From positions 1 to 41,583 of the forward strand of contig NW_021835230.1 in NCBI RefSeq assembly GCF_006345805.1: a stretch of 41,583 nucleotides of DNA. The letters run 5' to 3'. The notes beneath the pieces are model-generated. The model was not told the origin of the DNA, did not search any database, and saw nothing but the letters and a program-made list of their open reading frames with translations. Positions 32,541 through 41,583 of the stretch are shown here, piece by piece. The translations under genes were made by a program, and so were the position numbers. Every line of letters begins with the position of its first letter. The first letter of the stretch is position 1. The stretch is from Octopus sinensis. Taxonomy: Eukaryota.

Positions 32541-34035
32541 TGAATGGACAAACGAAAGAAAGTGGAACTCAACACATTTGATGGGAGTTACAGATATAAT
32601 TTAATAACAATTTAATGCGGCTCCAAGCAACTTTTAAGGGTTCGTAGCCAAAATGTTATTAAATTTCCAATGCATATACACGTTCTCTCTCTCTCACACA
32701 CACACACACATACATAATATATATAGGTAGATAAATAGATACAGAGAGCGAGAAAGAGATGAGAGACAGGAAAAGATAAGGGAGAGAGAGAGGGGGCGAA
32801 GAAGGGGGAGAGAGAAGGAGAAGAGAGAGATGGAGAGAGAGATGAAAGGTCAACGTTATAGTGTTTGATGACTATCAACTTTTAAATGTTAGCAAAGCCA
32901 GTGCTTCAACCGCAGCACGAGCAGCTAACAACGCAGAAAGTAGAGGAGAGCAACGAAGAGAAAGAAGACGTAGAGTTCGTGAAGAGAGGGAGAGGGCTTC
33001 AATCATGTTATCATTGTATCTTCCGAATTGGCAACCCATCGATCACTTCTGTGATCCATCAGTATAAACAGTTCAATCTATTCTTTATTCTTTCCATCTC
33101 CCTCATTATCTCTTTCTCTTTTACCCCCTATATCCCCCTATATTCCCCCACTTTCTCTCACATATCTCCCAACAATATTTCCCCTCTTGGTCTCTCTTTT
33201 TCCATCCTGCCAGCCTCCATCTTTTCCCACCATCTCTTTTAATATAGGTCAAATCTGTAATTTATCCATTTATTTAACTTTTCACGCAATCATAACGATC
33301 TATATTTACTGCTTAGCAAAATACACCGATACACACATATACGGACCCTATCTTCCTATCTTCTTCTCACAGTAAACAGAAAAGTTGGTTAAACAATCCT
33401 TTTCAATAGAATTTTTGTTATTTCTCTGGCACCAAAGGTTTCTCGCTAACAGTTATCAGTATTTTTTCAAACAGAATTCTAAACATCACTGGCACTACGC
33501 CTTATGCTGGATGGCCTTGAATTTTATACATAGCAGTTATCAAATTTTATGTTTAGAGTCACGTATGAATCTCAAAGTTTTTGACGTAACACATTCTCCT
33601 CTTTTCCTTTCTCTCAAAAAACCAGAATCTTCAGTTTAATCATTCTCATAATTTATATATATTTTTAAAGGATTATTTATTAATATACTGCATTATTGTT
33701 ATTATTCAGTCCAATAAAACGAGGGTGTATGTATGTATATATTTATGCATGTATGTGTGTGTGTGTGCATGTGCGTGTATGTGTGTGTATGCATACTACG
33801 ATAAAGAAATCTACTTATTAATTAGTTAAAGTAAAAGAGTAAAATGGTTAAGGTGACGTTTATTAAAAGAAAGCAATTAAAGTCTACAATGCCTAGAAAA
33901 TTCTGAAAAATATCAATTTTAATTTCACAGCACGATAGCATTTTATTACCACTTCAATTTTATAACGTTTTACATGTTTCCGTCTTTTCCTTTCCTCTCT
34001 TTGCTATACATGCGCGCTCGCACACAAAACACACA

Positions 34036-34109
<74 letters not shown>

Positions 34110-34154
34110 AGCAATAATAAATCTCTAAGCGAGGTATAAACAGTAGCTGCACGA

Positions 34155-34263
34155 CGTGAAGTACATTTGCCACTTAAATGTGGCTGACCCCTAAGGCTGG
34201 ATAAGCTACAGTAGCATCCACCCTTAGGGGTTAGCCACATTTAAGTGGCAAATGTACCTCACG
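34155..34263. mobile_element. 109-bp internally deleted fold-back / MITE related to 15392-15601
   Basis: 48-bp inverted arms with 3 mismatches. The arm aligns without gaps to the 15392 arm, with about 13 differences over about 58 nt by eye. Confidence 0.75.
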
Positions 34264-34268
34264 ATACA

Positions 34269-34323
<55 letters not shown>

Positions 34324-34377
34324 CACCCTCATATGTATATGTGTATATTGTGAAGCATGGCTGTTACCACTACTACA

Positions 34378-34422
34378 TGAACCTGAAGATTGCATAATTT
34401 AATGCATGAAAGTACTAGTTCA
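34378..34422 (+). ncRNA. Type-I hammerhead ribozyme-like motif with canonical CUGAAGA core
   Basis: UGAAC CUGAAGA U UGCAU aauuua AUGCA U GAA AGUACU A GUUCA: 5-bp stem I, 5-bp stem II, palindromic stem III AGUACU, CUA triplet. An AT-rich pLTR-like tail with AATAAA follows. Confidence 0.7.
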
Positions 34423-34581
34423 ATCAGAATGAACATTTAACATTCTACTATTTTATTTTATTCTATTATATTATATTATCTTATATTATATCATTATAAG
34501 ATTGTAAATAAAACGTGAAAATCAGACAAGGTTGGAATTCCTTTTATTAATATATTCTTCTATACACAATCACACACACCC

Positions 34582-34639
<58 letters not shown>

Positions 34640-34746
34640 ATATATATATATATATATAATATATATATATATATATACATATATACAAGCATATATATTA
34701 TCATACACACCATACACCATATATATATATATTATATATATATATA

Positions 34747-34810
<64 letters not shown>

Positions 34811-35035
34811 ACAGAGTCACAAAACGAGACGTTAATATTTAAGCCTTGTCCAAGCCTGATTAGATTCACTCTGAAGAAAACCAAACAATAGCCAAGTAAG
34901 CGATCTACAAACACTTTGCTCTTTACAAGAATGAAGGGCAACTCAGAATAACGAAACTAAGATATTAGAGATTTACAATTGAGCATAACATATGTGCGTT
35001 CCCATCATTAGCTGTCCAAACAATTATCACTATGG

Positions 35036-35081
<46 letters not shown>

Positions 35082-35104
35082 ATGTGTGTCTGTATATATG
35101 CAGC

Positions 35105-35395
35105 ATTCCTGTTTCTCTCTGGGAAAACAAAAGCATAGGACCTGGTGCCAGACCTGCTTCTCCTCAGTTCAAAGGGTTGAGCAAAGTCAACTCTAACAAC
35201 GGGACCAACTTCATGCAAGCAAAAGGGAAACCAGAACACTCATTCTGTGGTTTTGTGACACGAAGCAAAGCAGGCTTCGCCGTTCACTCAAGAAAACACG
35301 TACTAAATGATCAACAAACACTCAAGAAAACTGAGTCCTCAACTTGTTCTATTTGCCAAAAGGTTTGCAAGGCACCGGCAGGCCTCAAGAGACAC
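35105..35395 (+). mobile_element. Decayed RTE/BovB-like LINE C-terminus with two C2H2-like fingers
   Basis: SIPVSLWE../WCQTCFSSVQRVE / CGFVTRSKAGFAVHSRKH / CSICQKVCKAPAGLKRH. Frameshifted, and it runs directly into a SINE fragment. Confidence 0.6.
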
Positions 35396-35396
35396 A

Positions 35397-35543
35397 ATCC
35401 CATGGTCCCGGAATCAATCCCACCGCATGGCACCTTGGGCAAGTGTCTTCTACTATAGCCTCGGGCCGACTATAGCCTTGTGAGTGGATTTGGTAGACGA
35501 AAACTGAAAGAAGTCCGTTGTATATATACATATTTATATATCT

Positions 35544-35593
<50 letters not shown>

Positions 35594-35945
35594 TATATAT
35601 ATATTATATTATATTAAATTAGAGATAAAATTAGGTTTTATCTTAATTTAATATAATATAATATTTTACTATAAAATTGGATTCAATCCTAAATCTGATT
35701 TTTCCCTGTAAGTTTGGATTTATTCCCTAATATTTTATTATATATATATATATATATATGTAGGTGCCTTTGTGTCTGTGTTTCTCCCCCACCCATCACC
35801 GCTGGGCAACTGCCGTTGGTGTGTTTACATCCCCATAACTTGGCTGTTCGGTAAAAGAAACCGATAGAATAAGTACTAGGCTTAACCAAAATAAGTTCTC
35901 GGGTCGATTTCTTCGACTAAAAACCCTTCAAGATGGTGTTCCAAT
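35397..35945 (+). mobile_element. 5'-truncated SINE family A with expanded central (TA)n
   Basis: GCACCTTGGGCAAGTGTCTTCTACTATAGCC... and GGTGTGTTTACATCCCC...AGTACTAGGCTT. Confidence 0.85.
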
Positions 35946-36565
35946 ATATATATATATGCACTTAGATACACGCACACATTTATATGCCTATTCTAACGAA
36001 CGCATCCGTTCTTTGAATGGTGTATTTTATTATAATGGCGCACTCCTTTGGACGGTTTAAGTTGAATTAGCTCGCAGTTTGAAGTCGTTTCAAGTCGATA
36101 AACGTAAAGTGTATAATTACCAATTTCGCTAGCAGTTTATTATATGGTATTAAGCAACCTAGATAATGAATAAAGTTTTCTGAACACAAATTTGGCAGTT
36201 AGAAATAAATGAAAGTCCATGAAATGAGATCGCAATTTCAGTAGGCATTAGAGATCCTATATCTCACCTGAAGCATTTTGTAGTTATTTTACTCGTAATG
36301 CCTGATATAACCGCATTGAAGCTTTTTTCTCTATGAAAGTCATGTATGATAAACGAAAGTGAACATTTATAGCAAACACACAAATAGAATAATGGCATAT
36401 ACAAAAATAAATGTCAGAGCGTGCGTAAAGTAGGAAGGGTCATTGAAGGGAATGTACTGTTAACAGCAATCAAAGAAATGAAACAAAATATCAATGCTTG
36501 TAGGAAGTCTGCTATGCTAACGGCTACAGTTTGGCGCAGACGTGAAGATTGCAGTAGATGAGTAA

Positions 36566-36735
36566 CTACTGTAGGGCTGCTTAGTAGACGACATTTTTTT
36601 GTTTTTCTTTCAGGAGCATAGATGAATAAGTTGTCAGGACGGTCAACTCTGGAGCAACCAGCATAGAACTGTCCATGTGAAAAGTATGACGCTCAAAGGT
36701 CCAATCCGACAATTTTCAGCGATTGACCAAGTTGA
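36566..36735 (-). mobile_element. Helitron (PIF1-like) helicase C-terminal remnant
   Basis: GQSLKIVGLDL*ASYFSHGQFYAGCSRVDRPDNLFIYAPERKTK(N)VVY*AALQ* matches the Helitron helicase motif GQS...SHGQLYV..SRV and terminal TKNVVY. Confidence 0.85.
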
Positions 36736-36798
36736 ATGCCTGAATGATGTTTGTCGCAATGGCCTTAGGAAGGGTTGAGACGTTCTGTATATGTATAG

Positions 36799-37025
36799 TA
36801 CTCTTTTACTCTTTTACTTGTTTCAGTCATTTGACTGCGGCCATGCTGGAGCACCGCCTTTAGTCGAGCAAATCGACCCCGGGACTTATTCTTTGTAAGA
36901 CTAGTACTTATTCTATCAGTCTCTTTCGCCGAACCGCTAGTTACAGGAACATGAACACACCAGTATCGGTTGTCAAGCGATTTTTTTTTGTGGGGGACAA
37001 ACACAGACACAAAAACACACACACG

Positions 37026-37121
<96 letters not shown>

Positions 37122-37286
37122 CACGACAGGCTTCTTTCAGTTTCCGTCTACCAAATCCACTCACAGTGCTTTGGTCGGCCCGAGGCTATAGTAGAAGACA
37201 CTTGCCTAAAGTGCCACGCAGTGGGACTGAACCCGGAACAATGTCGTTGGTAAGCAAGCTACTTACTACTCAGCCACTCCTGCGCC
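36799..37286 (-). mobile_element. Full-length SINE family A
   Basis: Matches family A end to end. Confidence 0.95.
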
Positions 37287-37314
37287 TATATTTATATATG
37301 TGATGAAAAGCAAT

Positions 37315-37912
37315 GCCAGATTACCAAATGCTGATGGATCACTGCATTGAATTTGTCCATCTGGTCACAGCACACATTCGAATTGATGGTCCTTGCTGTG
37401 GCAAGGACCTCGTAAAAGGCGACACCCTTCCAATCCCATCAAATTGAAAGAATATCCTTCTTCTGGTTACGTCCTAAGTTTTTGGTGGTTTGCCGGGCTT
37501 CCACCATGTTCGTTTGCACTTCGTATCCCGCACCCATTACAATTCTCTTAAAAAAAAAAAGAAAGGAATAGTTTGTTTCATGTTTCTGCAAAGAATCGCA
37601 GATGGAAATCCGTTGGGTGACGTTAGCCTCATTCAATTGATGTGCAGCCCAAACATGGAGTCTGTTGATGTAGATGCAGATGCTTCTCAACATACGATTT
37701 GAATATTTGGAAAATATCTCCAATTAGCCTGGTCGTGATGGGGGGGGGGGTCGACTCATTCCATTTTGTCGCTGTTAATCTCAGTCAACCGGCCAGAGCG
37801 AGGTGCAGATTGAACCGAAAAATTTCCCGATCGAAATATTGAACACCGCTCCTGGTACATATGTTCCGCAATAACATCCTCTCTTTTCACAGCGCATATC
37901 TTCTTGCTTTTT

Positions 37913-37915
<3 letters not shown>
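37315..37915 (-). mobile_element. Decayed mariner transposase remnant (second subfamily)
   Basis: Across frameshifts: SKKICAV, FRSGNFSVQ.APRSGRLTEI, RLHVWAAHQLNEANVTQRISICDSLQK, and WDWKGVAFYEVL...TINS. Confidence 0.8.
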
Positions 37916-37943
<28 letters not shown>

Positions 37944-37944
<1 letters not shown>

Positions 37945-38140
37945 ACGGGAAGGTTTACGAAAATAAACAAAAGACAAAGGCAGGTGGAGTACAAACAAAC
38001 AATGTATTAGTATGGCGCTCAGGAATAGAAATAAAACAAGTCTTTTACGTTTCGAGCCTACGCTCTTCGACAGAAAGATAAACAGAAAAGAAACAAGGAG
38101 AGAAAAAAATTGCGTGTAGGGGCTGACGATTCAACATGGC
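37944..38140 (-). mobile_element. ~200-bp Penelope-like element embedded in (TA)n
   Basis: Reverse complement of the 8348-8571 family, with (TA)n flanks. Confidence 0.75.
38041..38078 (-). ncRNA. Minimal type-I hammerhead-like motif, A6U variant
   Basis: Minus strand reads UCUUU CUGUCGAA GAGC guag GCUC GAA ACGU A AAAGA. Confidence 0.6.
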
Positions 38141-38439
38141 ATATATATATACATAAAGCACGAGGTATCGATAATGTCCGTTTTGGTTCTTCATTTTCAG
38201 GGTGATTCGAAGCAGAAATGTTATAACCTGTCTGGTCGCAAGTTCGCACCGAGCAACGTTGAAGTGTCAAGTACCTAACAAGTTCATATGAGCAAGGGAC
38301 AGACTGAAGTTAGCTACTAAATAGTGCTTGAAGTTTAGTGTCGACAAAAATCCAAGGGACTTTTTGGCTACCCAATATACATCGGTCACGGATGGTAATG
38401 GGATTGCACCTACAATGTTTCCCTCCAAGGTACAAGACC

Positions 38440-38700
38440 ATTCAATGTTGTTTTATGGAAGACCAGTAGTCACCCATGCACACCAGCCTCCCCTCACTAC
38501 ACCACTGATGATATCCAAGGGGAAGGCAAAGGGGCCGATACAGCTTCGCACCCGTGACGTCGCAACTCATTTCTACAGCTGAGTGAACTAGATCAACGTG
38601 AAATAAAGTGTCTTGCTCAAGAACATAAACGCAGTCTGGTCCAGGAATCGAACTCACAACCTCATGGTTGTAAACTCGACACTCTAACTACATGCTTTCC
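38440..38700 (-). mobile_element. SINE family C-related copy
   Basis: The plus strand shows GTGTCTTGCTCAAGAACA...GGAATCGAACTCACAACCTCATGGT, the reverse complement of a tRNA-like head. Confidence 0.65.
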
Positions 38701-39077
38701 AACTACATGGTTCCGAGTTCAGTCCACTGTATGGTACATTGGGCAAATGTCTTCTACTATAGCCTTGAGTTGACCAAAGCCTTGTGAGTGGATTTGGTTG
38801 ACCGAAACTGAAAGAAGCCCGTCGTATACTTATATGTATGTATATATTCATGTGTGAGTGTGTGTGTGTGTGTGTCTGTCTGTCTGTGTTTGTTCCTCCG
38901 ACATTGCTTGACAGCCGATGTTGGAGTGCTTATGTCCCCATAGTTTAGCGGTTCGGCAAAAGGCACCGATAGAATAAGCACTAGGCTTAAAAAAGAATAA
39001 GTCTTGGGGTCGATTTGTTCGCCTAAAGGCGGTGCTCCAGCATGGCCGCAATCAAATGACTGAAACAAGTAAAAGAA

Positions 39078-39084
<7 letters not shown>
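38701..39084 (+). mobile_element. SINE family A (head truncated)
   Basis: Family A body and tail. Confidence 0.9.
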
Positions 39085-39122
<38 letters not shown>

Positions 39123-39629
39123 GCAAGCAACACTTTCAATTTGAGCTGCTTTTTAAGGCACCTCAAAATTTGAAAATCCTCTGATTTTCAGCTGAACTTT
39201 ACACAATCGATCTGCTTACTGAGAATTTGAGGATCGTTATTAGACGGGAATTAATCGCCAATGCATCTTCCTACTCACTAAAATCCTTCGTTCTTATTAA
39301 GAAAAAATAATAATTGATTGTTCTAAATTCCATAAATGGGAATATTTGCGTTACCATTTTCTTTTCTCGTACTCTCCTTTTTCTTTTCTCTTTTCGTTTT
39401 CTTTCCTATTGATGGCGATGAAGTAATGTGTCAGAACCTGTTGGCTTCGAGCCAACGAGCGAAGTTTTATGCGGATATTTCTACGTACTACAAATAGCAG
39501 CCAAATAGGCGAAGACATTGTTGTATGGTTAAGAAGGTCGCCTTTGCTACCATGCGTTTTCAGGTTCAGTCCCACTGTACAGCACACCTTGGATAAGTGT
39601 CTTCTGCAATAGTTCTGAGTGCCGACCAA

Positions 39630-40060
39630 GAAAGACATTCAGAGTAGGATTCTCTGACCTCAAAGCACTTACAGTAGCGCTCCAGCCCCTTGGTAGTCCT
39701 CGAAAATGAAGGCCTCCATGGCCCTTGTCACATCCTCCTTCATCTCCTTCAGGTTGGGAAACAACCAAAAGTCGCAGAGTGCAAGGTCTGTGTTGTAGAG
39801 GGAGTGAGAGAAGAGCTTTGATGCCCATCTCTGTCATGTCGATGGTTAGCAGGATGAAATCTGGACCGATGCATTGCCCTGGTGCAGGTGCTCTGACCTA
39901 TTGCGACGAAATCTCTTCCTGAACTCCCTCAAAACCTCCACAAAATACTCAGTTGAACGTCTGGCAAGAGGGAGCCCAGTGGACCAAGATGATGCCCTTG
40001 CCTTTTGAAAAAGGGGATCATGATGAGCTTTCCGGTAGACTTGCTGTGCCTTTCCGCTTG
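39630..40060 (-). mobile_element. Decayed mariner transposase C-terminal remnant (third subfamily)
   Basis: Across frameshifts: STGKLIMIPFF, YFVEVLREFRKRFRR, TEMGIK and DLALCDFWLFPNLKE, the last a variant of the YSPDLAPCDFWLFP motif. Confidence 0.8.
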
Positions 40061-40315
40061 TGCTTACGAAAAACAGATGCTTGACTCATACAATTTAATC
40101 AATAAGCAGTCTGAAGCATTTCATAAGTTACTGTAGCGTTTTTGCCCACTTTAGCACAAAACTTTATTGCATGGTGAGCTTTGAAATCCTCTTCACGTCC
40201 TGACTGCATACTGCAAACTTGTCAGCTGTGACAAACAGTGTTCAGTAGAATGTGTTCGAAGTGTTATTACAATTTGTAATAACAAAAGCTGGCAGGTGAA
40301 CTTATTAGCTGTATG

Positions 40316-40620
40316 TTGTTGTTTGTTCCTTCTCGAGCCATGCCTGGCTCATAAGGGCCGGTTTTCCGGTTTCATTGGCGTATAGGTTCCCCACCTGGAC
40401 GGGACGTCAGTCCGTCGCATTTGAGCTGCTAGATGCAGGAGGAAAGAGTGAGAGAAAGTTGTAGCAAAAGAGTCAACAGAGGTTCGCCAATACTTTCTGC
40501 TGGAGCCGCGTGGAGCTTACGTGTTTCGCTCATAAACATACACACAACCTGGTCTGAAATTCGAACGTGCGATTCCACGACCGCGTGTCCGCTGCTCTAA
40601 CCACTAGGCCATGTGCCTCC
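40316..40620 (-). mobile_element. Full-length SINE family C with a third tail type
   Basis: Minus strand head GGAGGCACATGGCCTAGTGGTTAGAGCAGCGGAC, the shared body, then the tail ...GAAACCGGAAAACCGGCCCTTATGAGCC...GAAGGAACAAACAACA. Confidence 0.85.
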
Positions 40621-40993
40621 ACTATTAACTATATAGTGATGATATACTAAAATTACAATAATCTAGAATAATTATAACTGCTTCTCGTAAAAAAGCCTCA
40701 AACCTTCTGGAACGTACTTCGCACCAATGTTACAGGGTGCTGCTGTCTGAACGTAAGGGACCGTTATTGATTCTGTGATCTAGGCCACTGGATGCACTTA
40801 CAGTTCGGTCAATCTAAGATCCTTGACTGGAGTGGTACTTTGTCTATAGACCCTCGAAAGGGCAAAAGGCTGGAGGTTTTTTTTGGGTGGGATTCGCACT
40901 CAGGGTGCAGAAAATGGATCAAATATTGCAAAGTATTTAATTTCGACTCGTGAACGGTTCTACCAATTTGTCAACTCATCCTACATACACACA

Positions 40994-41028
<35 letters not shown>

Positions 41029-41107
41029 AATATATGTTTAGAGACATGCTGATAGAGACATACATATATACATACATATATATATATATACATACATATA
41101 TACATAC

Positions 41108-41144
<37 letters not shown>

Positions 41145-41376
41145 TCGTTTGGATATCGTTAAAACAGGCGGAAGTCATTGCATCGTTGCACCGAGTGAAA
41201 TATTTGTGTGCAACATGTGTGCTTGTTAATCAACATGTGCAGTGTTCATTTACATTGCATGTACTGTGTGTTTAGTGTCTGTACAGAGAGTGTATAGTGC
41301 ATATAATTTAGTGTATAGGTAATATTTGTGTTCAATATGTAAGTTAATTTATGTGTGTGTATATGATATATATATA

Positions 41377-41583
41377 GGCGCAGGAGTGGCTGTGTGGTAA
41401 GTAGCTTGTTTACCAACCACATGGTTCCGGGTTCAATCCCACTGCGTGGCACCTTGGGCAAGTGTCTTCTACTATAGCCTCGGGCCGACCAAAGCCTTGT
41501 GAGTGAATTTGGTAGACGGAAACTGAAAGAAGCCCGTCGTATATATGTATATATATATATATATGCGTGTGTGTGTTGGGTGT
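41377..41583 (+). mobile_element. SINE family A, cut by the window end
   Basis: Family A head and body. Confidence 0.93.

Noticed and set aside
32861-33067. Protein-like ORFs in several frames (RRERRRRVREERER; KVEESNEEKEDVEF)
   Set aside because: Purine-biased low-complexity sequence is open in multiple frames and has no convincing splice sites.
35210-35395. Host C2H2 zinc-finger gene exon
   Set aside because: There are no TGEKP linkers, it is frameshifted, and it is preceded by RTE-type W..LWE/W.Q motifs, so a LINE C-terminus explains it better.

Overview
Eukaryotic, AT-rich, microsatellite-saturated DNA, most likely intronic or intergenic octopus sequence. The taxon is inferred from three abundant tRNA-derived SINE families that resemble the octopus OK/OR-type SINEs. 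There is no complete gene. Almost all listed ORFs are microsatellite read-throughs (YIYI, MYVC, poly-I/H/V) or decayed transposon fragments: three mariner remnants, CR1-like, RTE, Tx1/L1 and R4/Dong LINE pieces, and a Helitron helicase piece. Many are nested, and several have readable target-site duplications (TSDs). The best host-gene signal is on the minus strand: a splice-site-bounded exon at 10909-11063 starting MGTGQIPWMLPTYIVLSFLTLKFLYVDS (signal-peptide-like), with candidate 5'UTR exons at 12857-12899 and 27904-27978. The most interesting unannotated structure is a set of seven foldable minimal type-I hammerhead ribozyme motifs plus two decayed ones. They have palindromic (in one case near-palindromic) stem III, the dimer-type architecture known from Penelope-like elements. 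A (TA)n-embedded ~200-bp family among them carries non-canonical cores (CUGUYGAA, CCGACGAA). Other items are a fold-back/MITE family with a covarying subterminal hairpin, a 33-bp hairpin in a Tx1 3'UTR, and a LINE whose 3' stem-loop is shared with the dominant SINE. Everything was read by eye; no database searches or folding programs were run.
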